A stretch of 59,184 nucleotides of DNA from a virus (Duplodnaviria; Caudoviricetes), in the IMG/VR virus record IMGVR_UViG_3300025133_000115, positions 1 to 59,184 of that record; one strand, given 5' to 3'. The notes beneath the pieces were generated by a model. It saw only the letters and a program-made list of their open reading frames with translations, had not been told where the DNA came from and made no database searches. This document shows, in pieces, positions 1 to 9,425 of this stretch; position 1 is the stretch's first letter, and each line of letters starts with the position of its first letter. Both the position numbers and the translations under genes were made by a program.

Positions 1-395
1 TCGGTTTCGGTTCCTGTTTCGGTTCCTGTTTCCGCTCCTGTTTCCGCTCCTGTTTCGGTTTCGGTTGCTCCCGTTTCCGCTTCCGTTTCGGTCGCACGGG
101 TTTCGGCGGTTCGCGCGGTTCGCGCGTTCGGTGTCATCGGTCGCACGGTCCGCGCCATCGGTCGCGCGGTTCGCGCCATCGGTCGCGCGTTCGGTCTTGC
201 CCGTCGCACGGGTCGCACGGGTCGCACGGGTATCGGGGGTGACGTGCCAACCTGACACGCGCCACGCCACGCCACGCGCCACGCGCCCCGAAAAAAAGCC
301 GGGTCGGGCACAAATTCGCGGCAAAATATCACGCATGGGGGGGGGGAGAACCAAAATGAAAATGAAAAAAACATTGCGGGGGGGGATAACCAAAA
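1..395. repeat. Low-complexity GC-rich repeat tract ending in two G-runs; probable genome end/packaging region
   Basis: 12-bp units (TTCCTGTTTCGG/CTCCTGTTTCCG), 9-bp GGTCGCACG x3, GCCAC units; no A on + strand before position 96; G10 at 337-346 and G8 at 378-385. Confidence 0.75.
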
Positions 396-424
396 AGGTG
401 ATATACATCGATAAAGCAGCGATA

Positions 425-1261
425 TTACAGGTTATTCCTCATCATATCCATTAGTTCAAGCCACTCATCGGTGTGAACAGTTTTCCAGCCACGAATCGGA
501 TGCAAAGGCCATGGTGCAATATGTAAAGGAGATCGCCACGCTTCCCACCATCCAGATGTGTCGCTGTGTATATGCTGAGTCAAAGCACGAGTTCTGCCAG
601 GTATTGGCTCTCTCCAGCCTGGACAGTTCACAGCAGAAGCGCGTGGTGTTTGATTCATGTCCCCGTTGCGTTGGTGTAACCATTTCCGTCCTATCAGACG
701 GTGAATCCCCTTCGGTGCCATGCAATATGGTGCAAGACGAACACGGTCGTTTCGTGCCCCTCTCCAAAATCGGCAGGTAAAGCAGTTCTTTGCGCCTATT
801 GGTGACATCTCTCGCAGGTACTTGGTCCTACATGATGCGTTTGTCCACCATGCTTCGCCTGGTCTACCGAACTTTCGGGTCCGATCCTTCCCCAAATGGA
901 ACAGTCCTGCCGCCCAACGCCGCATTCGGAACGATTCGTACTCGTATCCGTCCCTCAAAAGGACCTCACACAGTGGTCCTATGCGTCTTTCCACCTCTTT
1001 GTTGCGCTCAACGGTCATAGATGGCACACCAATGACCCTTCTGGCCCTTGTTACGTCCGAGATAGGTACATTACAGCGCTTTGCGACCGCTAAATCCGGC
1101 CAAACACCCAATGCCCACAGGATTCCGGGCGCTTTTGCCTCTAAATCGTCTATTAGTTCCTGGTTTTTGCCGTAATGGTCGGCACTTACCCAGTCAACAG
1201 CCGGTCTGTCCGACCTAACGCGGCTTGCAATGAAGTTAAACCCAAGTGCTTTCCTCTTCAT
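425..1261 (-). CDS. Hypothetical protein with HTH-like segment and 4-Cys cluster
   Basis: GVWPDLAVAKRCNVPISDVTRARRVIGV resembles an HTH; CFTCRFW...YC...NCPGW cysteine motif; last gene of a coupled minus-strand run. Confidence 0.65.
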   Translation of the reverse strand: MKRKALGFNFIASRVRSDRPAVDWVSADHYGKNQELIDDLEAKAPGILWALGVWPDLAVAKRCNVPISDVTRARRVIGVPSMTVERNKEVERRIGPLCEVLLRDGYEYESFRMRRWAAGLFHLGKDRTRKFGRPGEAWWTNASCRTKYLREMSPIGAKNCFTCRFWRGARNDRVRLAPYCMAPKGIHRLIGRKWLHQRNGDMNQTPRASAVNCPGWREPIPGRTRALTQHIHSDTSGWWEAWRSPLHIAPWPLHPIRGWKTVHTDEWLELMDMMRNNL

Positions 1262-1442
1262 GGCGTGCCTCTAAGACTCTTACCTCCACAATCACCCTTC
1301 CACTGACTGATTTGAAGACTTTTGTCTGGTGTTTCACTGATTTAAGAGCTTTGCTGCGTAGCTCAGTGATGAGATCGTCGGTGACCTCATCATCTGAGTC
1401 TACTGTTGTGCATGCCATGTGGGTGTACCGTCTAAGCCTCAC
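1236..1442 (-). CDS. Hypothetical protein
   Basis: 68-aa ORF overlapping its neighbours in the minus-strand run. Confidence 0.55.
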   Translation of the reverse strand: MRLRRYTHMACTTVDSDDEVTDDLITELRSKALKSVKHQTKVFKSVSGRVIVEVRVLEARHEEESTWV

Positions 1443-1660
1443 GCTTCAATGCCGCCTTCCGGCAGAGCGCTCTCAACAACGCTCTGAGAGCACGCCATAA
1501 ACCTAAGCTTCATGCTTATCTCAACAGAGATGATAGCCTCAGCAATGGTTTGCCCCTTTGCAACGAACACGCCTTCTTCATCATAGAAGTAGTAGTGTCC
1601 TTCCTTCATCCTCATCGTCCACCCGCAGTCGAGCAGCGCTTCTCCGTCTCTTACTTTCAT
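1439..1660 (-). CDS. Hypothetical protein (start revised to MKVRDG)
   Basis: GAGGTAAAC RBS directly before the ATG at 1660. Confidence 0.6.
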   Translation of the reverse strand: MKVRDGEALLDCGWTMRMKEGHYYFYDEEGVFVAKGQTIAEAIISVEISMKLRFMACSQSVVESALPEGGIEA

Positions 1661-1667
1661 GTTTACC

Positions 1668-1922
1668 TCAATCGTGTCCGACTTCAGAAGTCCAGATAAA
1701 TGCCTCTGGATTGTCATCGTCGTCGTCCTTCTCCCATATGACTTCTGGTTCAAGGACGTCTTGTTCTTCACCCTTGGCGATCTTATTAAAGACGTATGCT
1801 AAGGCTTCATCCTCATCGTCACCGTATCCGACAGCAACGATTTGGAAGAAGTAGCGATCTGGTGGCTTGAAGTTTTGGTTTTCCATCAAGCTGATAATGT
1901 CCTGTCTATAGATTGTTGACAA
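1668..1922 (-). CDS. Acidic hypothetical protein
   Basis: Follows ssb; very D/E rich; true start may be 1886. Confidence 0.55.
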   Translation of the reverse strand: MSTIYRQDIISLMENQNFKPPDRYFFQIVAVGYGDDEDEALAYVFNKIAKGEEQDVLEPEVIWEKDDDDDNPEAFIWTSEVGHD

Positions 1923-1927
1923 GTTGT

Positions 1928-2335
1928 TTAGTAGAGAAGGTCTTGATCGTCTTGAAAGCTTCCCTGCTGTGGGCGCGAGCTTGTGCGACGAGGCTGCTGT
2001 TGTTCCGATCCGCCTTTGAGGAATCGGATACTGTCACCAATCACCTCTGTGCTGTACCGATTGTTTCCTTCCTTGTCTTGCCACTTGCGCGTTTGCATTC
2101 TTCCTTCGACGTAGATTTGTTTTCCCTTGTGACAATACTTGCCGACATTGTTCGCGGTCTTTCCGAAACACACGACGTTATGCCATTCTGTGTGATCGGC
2201 CCAGTCGCCAGTGTCTTTATCTTTCCGCCTATCTGTAGTTGCAAGGCGTAGTTTACAGACGTTGCTGCCTGATTTGGTTTCAATCATTTCTGGATCTGCA
2301 CCAAGATTTCCGATGAGCATTACTTTGTTGACCAT
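1928..2335 (-). CDS. ssb: Single-stranded DNA-binding protein
   Basis: MVNKVMLIGNLGADPE, TEWHNVV, VEGRMQTRKW OB-fold motifs; acidic tail DDQDLLY; AAGGAG RBS before ATG 2335. Confidence 0.97.
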   Translation of the reverse strand: MVNKVMLIGNLGADPEMIETKSGSNVCKLRLATTDRRKDKDTGDWADHTEWHNVVCFGKTANNVGKYCHKGKQIYVEGRMQTRKWQDKEGNNRYSTEVIGDSIRFLKGGSEQQQPRRTSSRPQQGSFQDDQDLLY

Positions 2336-2402
2336 GTTGTCTCCTTTGTGACCAAGCCAGAGTATCGGCTTCGGCTTGGAGCGCAAGATTTGAGCCCGAC
2401 CA

Positions 2403-2437
2403 GTGACAAATCGAGACATTCGCGGTAGTTTGAGAAT
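2403..2437 (+). promoter_or_regulatory. Sigma70-like promoter, probably giving a leaderless mRNA
   Basis: GTGACA-N17-TAGTTT-N6-ATG(2438), with no SD sequence. Confidence 0.5.
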
Positions 2438-2989
2438 ATGGACACTCCAAAAGAGCCGACGACCTTAACCGATCCGTTGATGTCGTTAATGCGTAATGAA
2501 GCGGAAGAAGCGACTCAGTTACCTGTTGTTCAGAACACTGGATTGAGTCTCTTTGAAAAGGAGGCGTTGAGTTTTGAAGCAACAGAAAGGCAAACGGCTT
2601 TCCAAGAGATGGCCATTGACATGGACGAAAAAGGGCTTGGCTATGTTCGAGACTGGCTCCGTGGTTCTCGTAGTAGTGATGTGTTCGCTGGTCCGCAGGT
2701 AAGTATGAAGGAATGGCGTGAGTGGTCGAAGCAATCGGGCTTTGTTTCCTGGTTCTACGATGGGTTTCCTCTTCCTCGCGAGATGTCTAAGGAAGACATT
2801 GATGGTTTGGACGTATTGTTTTGGGACGCTCTGAGAGAGATGATGCGTGACGGTGATCCCAAGGCATTGGATCTGTACTCAAAGATCACAGGCAAGGTTG
2901 GCGCTAAGGACGAAGGAGATCGCAAGACTGCTGTTGTTGAGTGGTTGCAGGTAAACACTGGCGCGATTGCTTGGCGTGGTGGTAAGTGA
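2438..2989 (+). CDS. Putative terminase small subunit
   Basis: Immediately upstream of and overlapping terL; helical protein with W..W...GF..W and GD.KA..LY motifs typical of this position. Confidence 0.6.
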   Translation: MDTPKEPTTLTDPLMSLMRNEAEEATQLPVVQNTGLSLFEKEALSFEATERQTAFQEMAIDMDEKGLGYVRDWLRGSRSSDVFAGPQVSMKEWREWSKQSGFVSWFYDGFPLPREMSKEDIDGLDVLFWDALREMMRDGDPKALDLYSKITGKVGAKDEGDRKTAVVEWLQVNTGAIAWRGGK

Positions 2990-4527
2990 CCGGCGTATCT
3001 GATGCTGTAGTTCAGCGATTGATGAATTTAGGCAAGGACCCTGTTGAGTTCATTAGTCGTCTGAAGATCATTGACGAGAAAGGAATAGAGCGTTTCTTTG
3101 ACAAGCCTTACGAGGAGCAGCGCATTGCATTGTCTGATTTCCTTGTAGGTTCGAAATCGATTGTCCACTGCAAGCCCCGTCAGATTGGAGACACGACAGT
3201 AGGTTGTGCTTGGAACTTTACTTATGGGTATTGGTGTCTTGATCCTGTTCGTACATTGATTGTAGCGAACGATAGTGATGCAACGGATTCAATCTTTAAG
3301 AAGTTGAAGTACTTCCACGACAGTCTGCCTACTGTTTTGCAGCGTCCTTTGGCCCGATCCAACCGTAAGGAGATGGAGTTCTCGGATACAGGAGTTGGGT
3401 TTCGTTGTCTGACTGCTGGTGGTCGTGGTCACGGTCGTTCTTACACCTTCCAGCGTCTACATGCTGATGAAGTTGCTTATTGGCCTAATGATGAAGCTGT
3501 TTGGGCGTCCATCACATCTACTTTGCACGATGGTCCACACAAGCAGATCTTTGTAACGAGTACTCCGAACGGCCCTGGCAACTTATTTCACCGCAAGGTT
3601 TTGGATGCTCAGCGTGATCCGAGTGCGGTGTTTCGGTTTTTCCGTTGGTCTGATCACCGTGCTTATCGTTTATCTGCGCCCCCGAAGTGGGAGCCGACTC
3701 AGGAAGAGTGGGATCTGAAGAACCTCTTTGACCTTAATATTGATCAACTGTATTGGCGACACCAGAAGATTAATGGTGCTGACGGTATTGGTGAAGCGCG
3801 GTTCCGTCGAGAGTACCCTTTGACGGTTGAAGAGGGTTTCATGGAGGTCGTTGGGTCATGGTTTGACCAGATGTATCTTAACGAGGTGATTGCAACGTTA
3901 CGTCCTCCTGACATGTCGAAGGAGTTGCGTATATACAAGCAGCCTGAGGCAGGAATGGCTTATGGTTTAGGTGTTGATCCCAGTTGGGGAACTGGCAATG
4001 ACTACTCAGTGGCGCAGGTTTTGAGCCGAGATGGCGAGCAAGTAGCTGTTTTTACTACGAACAAGAGGTCTCCTGAGGATTTTGCTATTCGTGTGGCCGA
4101 GTTGGCGTTCCGTTACAATGGTGCGCGAGTGCTTTGCGAGTGGAACACAGGTGGTGGTGGTCCTGTTGTGATCCACAGATTGCGTGAGATGGGTGTTCCG
4201 CTGTGGTACAACCCGGCGAACGGTGATCATTTCAAGATGACAGGTGGAAGAAATGGTCTTGGAAGAAAGGCCCAGGTGTATTCTCACTTGCGATACTTAG
4301 TTGACGGTGATTCTTTGACGCTTGTTGACCTTCCGACAGTGCAAGAGTTGATGCATGTGCGTGAAGAAGACGGGAAAGTAGAGGGTCGAGATGGATATCA
4401 TGACGACTTATCTGATGCTTTGGCCTTGGCTGCGTGGAACATGAAGACCCTTCCTGAGCCTCTGATGGGTCGAGCGTTCCCATTCAAGAGGAAGAGAAAG
4501 GCTATCCCACATCCGTTCGGTATGTGA
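2986..4527 (+). CDS. terL: Terminase large subunit
   Basis: Walker A KPRQIGDTT, Walker B LHADEVAYW, STPNG coupling motif, RNase H-like GVDPS...DYS and HDDLSDALALA. Confidence 0.97.
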   Translation: MTGVSDAVVQRLMNLGKDPVEFISRLKIIDEKGIERFFDKPYEEQRIALSDFLVGSKSIVHCKPRQIGDTTVGCAWNFTYGYWCLDPVRTLIVANDSDATDSIFKKLKYFHDSLPTVLQRPLARSNRKEMEFSDTGVGFRCLTAGGRGHGRSYTFQRLHADEVAYWPNDEAVWASITSTLHDGPHKQIFVTSTPNGPGNLFHRKVLDAQRDPSAVFRFFRWSDHRAYRLSAPPKWEPTQEEWDLKNLFDLNIDQLYWRHQKINGADGIGEARFRREYPLTVEEGFMEVVGSWFDQMYLNEVIATLRPPDMSKELRIYKQPEAGMAYGLGVDPSWGTGNDYSVAQVLSRDGEQVAVFTTNKRSPEDFAIRVAELAFRYNGARVLCEWNTGGGGPVVIHRLREMGVPLWYNPANGDHFKMTGGRNGLGRKAQVYSHLRYLVDGDSLTLVDLPTVQELMHVREEDGKVEGRDGYHDDLSDALALAAWNMKTLPEPLMGRAFPFKRKRKAIPHPFGM

Positions 4528-4556
4528 TAGTTTCTTTTGTAACTGAAGGAGCCGAT

Positions 4557-4946
4557 ATGGCAGATCCTATTAGGAAGCCCTACGAGCAAATGCTTACTGA
4601 AATGTCTGACGAAGAACTTCTAAGGCACAGAATGGGAGAAGCCTACGACCAAAGCGGTGGAGGTTGGAACATAAATAGAACCACGACCCAAGACCGTAGT
4701 CAGGTGGGCCTTCAGGGTGGGAATAACGCGCAGACCCAAATGGCTGCTTGGCAATCCGACCCTAACGATCCAAATTTCCAAGGAAAACTGCACTTGCAGT
4801 CCCGTAGTCAACAAGCTGGAACCGGGCTTGATCCGGTCAATGTAAGTCATGCATCAACCTGGGATACCAGAAAGAGAGCTTCATTCCCTGGTCTTCCAGG
4901 CGGCTTTCTTTTGGGGACCCCTTACTGGTCACAAGATAAAAAATAG
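4557..4946 (+). CDS. Disordered hypothetical protein (MADP start), putative internal virion protein
   Basis: AAGGAG RBS; 18-bp RBS/start block identical to that of the next gene. Confidence 0.7.
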   Translation: MADPIRKPYEQMLTEMSDEELLRHRMGEAYDQSGGGWNINRTTTQDRSQVGLQGGNNAQTQMAAWQSDPNDPNFQGKLHLQSRSQQAGTGLDPVNVSHASTWDTRKRASFPGLPGGFLLGTPYWSQDKK

Positions 4947-4954
4947 GAGCCGAT

Positions 4955-5362
4955 ATGGCAGACCCTGTCAAGACCCCAGCACCTCCTGGTGGATATAGTA
5001 AAGAAGAGCTAGGGTATTTAGAGGCTCTTCGCCAGCCATATGACACTATGGGCCGCAAAGTTGATCCAGAAGAAGAGCGCGTGGACGCTCTCATGAAGGA
5101 GATGCTCCTATTGATCGCGGGACCACAGGAGATTGGTCAACGAAACCGTGATGAATTGGCCCGCAAGCGTGATGAAGCGGTCGCCAAAATTGAAGAAGGA
5201 GAAGATCGAATGATTGCTGTGCCTCCTGAGGAAGAGCCCAGGCCCGATCCATTTAAATCTTTTTTGCCGCCTTCCAGAAGAAAGCGCCCAGTGCCAGCAC
5301 CCGCTGTGGTTGAAGTGTTACCTGAGGATGACGAGGACTTAATTCTCAGTAGATTGCCATAA
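4955..5362 (+). CDS. Hypothetical protein with C-terminal DDEDLILSRLP tag
   Basis: AGGAG RBS; coiled-coil plus Pro-rich tail. Confidence 0.75.
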   Translation: MADPVKTPAPPGGYSKEELGYLEALRQPYDTMGRKVDPEEERVDALMKEMLLLIAGPQEIGQRNRDELARKRDEAVAKIEEGEDRMIAVPPEEEPRPDPFKSFLPPSRRKRPVPAPAVVEVLPEDDEDLILSRLP

Positions 5363-5429
5363 GCGAAAGGATTACCACATAAGAGTGTGATACTGTTGTC
5401 TTACCCCGATACCTCTTTTAGGAGAACCC

Positions 5430-6317
5430 ATGGCTGAAATCAAAAAACACGTTTTACAACCAAGCCCTTTTCCACAACAACCAAATCCATTTCTTTTGCC
5501 GAGCCAACAGGGCGTCCACCCTATGTCTCCAGAAGCCCATCCTTATGTTCAAAGTACTTGGGAGCAAGGGACAGAAGCTGCTCTTGATCGAGGTGACTAT
5601 GGTGCATACAATGCAAGAGTAGATCAGTGGAACCGCCAAAACCCAGGGGTAGAGCCGATGGTGCATGTGTTCGCTGACCAGCGGCACCTGCACCGGCCAG
5701 ACCTCGACCTCGCGAAATTTGGCCCCATTGGCCCGTTCACCTCAAGGGGTCCCATTACGCCCCCCGCGAATACTGGTGGTGATCCTCGTGCTGTTTCTTC
5801 ATATCCGCACCTCAACCGGAATATGACGCGTGAGTCGCCAGAAGGTAGGGCACTTAGGGTCGTGCCTCCCGCGAATACTGGTGGTGATCCTCGTGCTGTT
5901 TCTTCGTATCCGCAAATCAACGAGTATATGACGCGAGACAGGTCTCAGGTGGGCGATTGGGACGAGTCACCAACGCGGTTGCGGGGTATGGACACCAGCG
6001 GCGAACAGGGCACGGCTGGACAACGGGGTGATTATGGGGACAAGGGCTTTGGATATTTTGGGCCTGATTCAACACCCCAGATGGTCGATCCCATTTTGAT
6101 TAAGCAGACACCAACGCCTCGCACCCCGGCACAGATAGGGGACTCGGTAAGAATGAAAGCGCAAACTGGTCAGCCCCTCGATGCAGAAGAGCGTCTGGCG
6201 TATAGCAATCATATTCGCAAAGGACTGCAAGACGCTGGGAAAACTGAAGAAGAGATTCAACGCGCATTGAGCCGTATTGATCCAGCAACGGGCATGATCC
6301 CCCCCTGGATTCGGTAA
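5430..6317 (+). CDS. Pro/Gly-rich hypothetical protein with internal duplication
   Basis: AGGAG RBS; PPANTGGDPRAVSSYP occurs twice. Confidence 0.75.
   Translation: MAEIKKHVLQPSPFPQQPNPFLLPSQQGVHPMSPEAHPYVQSTWEQGTEAALDRGDYGAYNARVDQWNRQNPGVEPMVHVFADQRHLHRPDLDLAKFGPIGPFTSRGPITPPANTGGDPRAVSSYPHLNRNMTRESPEGRALRVVPPANTGGDPRAVSSYPQINEYMTRDRSQVGDWDESPTRLRGMDTSGEQGTAGQRGDYGDKGFGYFGPDSTPQMVDPILIKQTPTPRTPAQIGDSVRMKAQTGQPLDAEERLAYSNHIRKGLQDAGKTEEEIQRALSRIDPATGMIPPWIR
5763..5914 (+). repeat. In-frame direct repeat, 105-bp period
   Basis: 38 bp identical at 5763-5800 and 5868-5905, extending to 47 bp with one mismatch. Confidence 0.9.
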
Positions 6318-6737
6318 GTGTCCGAATCGTTTCTCATCTCTAAGATCTACGAGTATAGCCGGAAAGGTATCAGCCCTTCCGAGTCGATCAGTATGGGAAT
6401 TTCTGAATCAATAACGACACCTGAGTTCGCTATGGCAAAGGAGATCTTCAAACCAAAAGAAGAGCGCGGAAGAGTAAAGTTTACTTCTTCTCAAATGAGG
6501 ACGATGCGCCTTCGCGATATTGATGATGTAATAGATCCTTTAAAAGGTAGGGCTAAATTTGGGCGGCCAGAGAAAGCTCTTTTCCGACCATATACGGAGG
6601 AGGAGGCACCGCCCGAGCCGATTCGGGTAGAGCCTAAAAAAATAGAAGAAGAAGAAGTTCAAGAACCAGAACCAGTTGTGGAAAAACCCAACCTTGATAC
6701 TATGTCGGATGAAGACATTATCTTCTCAAGACTTTAG
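6318..6737 (+). CDS. Hypothetical protein with C-terminal MSDEDIIFSRL tag
   Basis: Abuts the previous stop codon; Glu-rich tail. Confidence 0.7.
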   Translation: MSESFLISKIYEYSRKGISPSESISMGISESITTPEFAMAKEIFKPKEERGRVKFTSSQMRTMRLRDIDDVIDPLKGRAKFGRPEKALFRPYTEEEAPPEPIRVEPKKIEEEEVQEPEPVVEKPNLDTMSDEDIIFSRL

Positions 6738-6745
6738 GGGGAAGC

Positions 6746-7075
6746 ATGGCTTTTATACCTGGCATGCAAACTGCTGTAACTCAAGCGGCAACAGTGACCG
6801 AAAAAAGCGGAAAGCTTCCTGGTCTAATAGAAGAATATGACGCTGAGCAACAAGCGGACCTTGCAAAGAAAGCAAACCTTGGGGCGGGCGCTGTAGGAGC
6901 AGCAGTCGGCGTAATGAAGTCTATGCGCGAAAAGAAACGTAACCGTAGGATGGAAGAGGAACGTAACCGTCGTCAAGAAGACGCTCTGCAAATCGAAGGT
7001 GCGGGAAGTGACGTTGACATGTTAGCCGCTAATATGCCTGGGCATAATCCTTACGCTGAGAGGCCTATTTCGTAA
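6746..7075 (+). CDS. Hypothetical protein, possible ejection-type protein
   Basis: Gly/Ala hydrophobic segment (LGAGAVGAAVGVM) followed by a charged coil; coupled to the portal gene (TAATG). Confidence 0.7.
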   Translation: MAFIPGMQTAVTQAATVTEKSGKLPGLIEEYDAEQQADLAKKANLGAGAVGAAVGVMKSMREKKRNRRMEEERNRRQEDALQIEGAGSDVDMLAANMPGHNPYAERPIS

Positions 7076-9423
7076 TGGCTGAGAACGATATTCTAGACCC
7101 GAAGTTTATCCGTGAGCAGGTAGATGTTCACGATGGGCGCATGCGTGACGAGCGTAGGGACTGGCAAGTCTACAAAGCAGCCTATTTGACGCGCTTTTGG
7201 AAGGCACACGCAACCCAAAGCTTCCATTCTGTGCAGGAATCTCCCGCTCAGATTCAGATTGAGGTCAATCGTCTTTACGGAATCATCGAAAGTTACGTCT
7301 CAGCCTTGTATCCAAAGGCATCTCGGGTGGTTGTCGGGCCTGGTCCGACCCTTGGTGGCGACCCAAGAAAGGCTGAATTGGTCGCAAACAAGTGGCTTTT
7401 ACAGAACAGAACCCACCTGAGAGTGCTTAAAGCCATCCGGCAGGCCCTGATTTACCCTGGCGCAGGCGTTAAACTAGGCGTAGATGACACCGCTGTGGAC
7501 CCAGTTGACCGGGTTTGGTTCAGAGTTATCCCCTGGTGGGAGCTTTTGCTTGACTCCGACGTGTATGACGAGGAAGATGCCCGATTTGTTGGTCATATGT
7601 ACTATCGTCCCGTCGAAGAAGTGGAAGAACAGTACGGTTTAAGCGACTTAAGTGGCTCTCCGAGAGAGGATTTTCTTGATGAAACCAACTCTTTATTGAG
7701 CAAAAACTCCCGAAAAGGCCAGAAAACAGGCAAAAAGAAGGGCAATCAGGGGGACGAATCGGCCTTTGTTCGGGTTCTGGAGCTTTGTAACTTCGTTGAT
7801 AGCTTCCAAGGACCCAATGGAGCGATGCGTGGACGCATGGAAGTCTACCTTTTGGACCAAGGAAAGGAGTATGAGGACCCAGTTTGGATCGGCCCCATGC
7901 CTTTTTCGTCCAGAGATGGCGATCCAATACCCCATATCGCGCCTCTGATCTTCAATGAAGAGCCTGAATACCCCCTTAGAGGGGTTAGTCAGGCGTCTCG
8001 CGTCTATCCTCAGATCTCTGAGATCAATATTTTTAGAAGTTTCCGTGCGAATGCCGCCCGTAGAGACTCTCGACAGTACGTTTGTCTTGACGGTGTGCTC
8101 ACAGCAGACCAAATGTCACAGATTACAGCCGGTGTAGACGGCCTTGTGATCCCTGTAGAGGAGACAAGACTCCAGGGCCGCAGATTAGATGACATCATGG
8201 TTCCCATTCGGAGCAATCCGATCTCCCAAAACATCGATAACTACGAGGCTTTGGCTGATGCGGACCTACAACGTGCGTCTGGAACCAGCCCCAACGCCTA
8301 TGGTTCGGTGACTCAGGCGACAGCAACGGAGGTAATGAACCTTCGTGACTACACCGAAAGCGAGTTTGGTCGTCACGCAATGATTAAGGACGGCTGGATC
8401 GCACAGCTTGTCCGTATGTTTTACCGCGCTCTTATTGCTGCCATGGAAGCACCCGATGCGGGCGGCGGAATCGAAGAGCAAAACCAGATCCTCAATGGAA
8501 AAGACGAGGAGCTTGCGCCTCAACAAGCCATGGATGAGATGGAGAAGGTTGCAGACGATGTTGTTGAGGATGCGGAAGAGTTTATCGAGGAAGTTGAAGA
8601 GGAGGTTGAAGAGCAAGGTGGAGAGGTTGTTGGCGCAGTCGCTGGAGTCGAGGTCAAAGCGTCTATTCAGCCTGACCTTGTACGAATCAAAGACGGTTTG
8701 GAGATTCTCGAAATTACAGTTGAAGATCTCGACGGTGATTTCGCTGTCGAGGTAGTTGATTCAAGACGCACCCCGTTCTCAGAATCGGCAGTACGTCAGG
8801 CAATGATTACTCTTTTAGAACCATTGCAAATGCTTTGGGAGATAGTGTCCAAGGGTGGACCCGGTGCAAAACTTGCTCGCGCACAAATGGTAGCGCTCGT
8901 AGAGAAGTTCGATTTGCCAGGGGACATGCATCCAGACGCGCTTGAGGCAGCGATTGAATCTGAGGAAAAAGAAGCCAAGGAGAAAGCGGCAGCGGAAGGA
9001 CAGCCCCCATCGCCTCAAGAAAACAATATGCCTATAGGTGGGCCGCCCCCCGGTATGATGCCAGAAGGTGCAGCACCGCCACCTGGAATGCCGGTTCAGG
9101 GAGGACCACCGCCGGGAGGGCCGCCTCCAGCCCCACCCCCAGCCTCCCAGGCTATGGCGGCTCCTATGGCTCCTTCAACTGCCGCAGGACCACCACCGGG
9201 TCCAGGGGGCGCTCTCTCGGCCTTGCCTATTTCTCCTGAACTGGCACAGCAGATCATGGCGCTTCCGCCCGAGCAGGCGCTTGAGACGATCTTTGCTGCG
9301 CTAACGGAGATGGGTGCGCCTCCAGAACTTATTCAGCTTGTTCAGGAAGCTATGAACTATCCGTTAGAACAACAGGTTCAGTTCTTACAGGAACTTCTTG
9401 GTCAAGCAGGGAATGTGGGGTAA
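7075..9423 (+). CDS. Portal protein (podovirus-type)
   Basis: Position after terL; VNRLYGIIESYVSALYP and ATATEV motifs; long Pro/Gln-rich C-terminal extension. Confidence 0.85.
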   Translation: MAENDILDPKFIREQVDVHDGRMRDERRDWQVYKAAYLTRFWKAHATQSFHSVQESPAQIQIEVNRLYGIIESYVSALYPKASRVVVGPGPTLGGDPRKAELVANKWLLQNRTHLRVLKAIRQALIYPGAGVKLGVDDTAVDPVDRVWFRVIPWWELLLDSDVYDEEDARFVGHMYYRPVEEVEEQYGLSDLSGSPREDFLDETNSLLSKNSRKGQKTGKKKGNQGDESAFVRVLELCNFVDSFQGPNGAMRGRMEVYLLDQGKEYEDPVWIGPMPFSSRDGDPIPHIAPLIFNEEPEYPLRGVSQASRVYPQISEINIFRSFRANAARRDSRQYVCLDGVLTADQMSQITAGVDGLVIPVEETRLQGRRLDDIMVPIRSNPISQNIDNYEALADADLQRASGTSPNAYGSVTQATATEVMNLRDYTESEFGRHAMIKDGWIAQLVRMFYRALIAAMEAPDAGGGIEEQNQILNGKDEELAPQQAMDEMEKVADDVVEDAEEFIEEVEEEVEEQGGEVVGAVAGVEVKASIQPDLVRIKDGLEILEITVEDLDGDFAVEVVDSRRTPFSESAVRQAMITLLEPLQMLWEIVSKGGPGAKLARAQMVALVEKFDLPGDMHPDALEAAIESEEKEAKEKAAAEGQPPSPQENNMPIGGPPPGMMPEGAAPPPGMPVQGGPPPGGPPPAPPPASQAMAAPMAPSTAAGPPPGPGGALSALPISPELAQQIMALPPEQALETIFAALTEMGAPPELIQLVQEAMNYPLEQQVQFLQELLGQAGNVG

Positions 9424-9425
9424 CG

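Noticed and set aside
1-290. Possible CRISPR array
   Set aside because: Units are 6-12 bp, degenerate and lack unique spacers; no cas genes present
65-454. 129-aa + strand ORF over the terminal repeats
   Set aside because: Open only because the tract lacks A; no RBS and low complexity
511-780. Cys-rich + strand ORF
   Set aside because: Fully antisense to 425-1261, which has more coherent motifs and operon context; probably a shadow ORF
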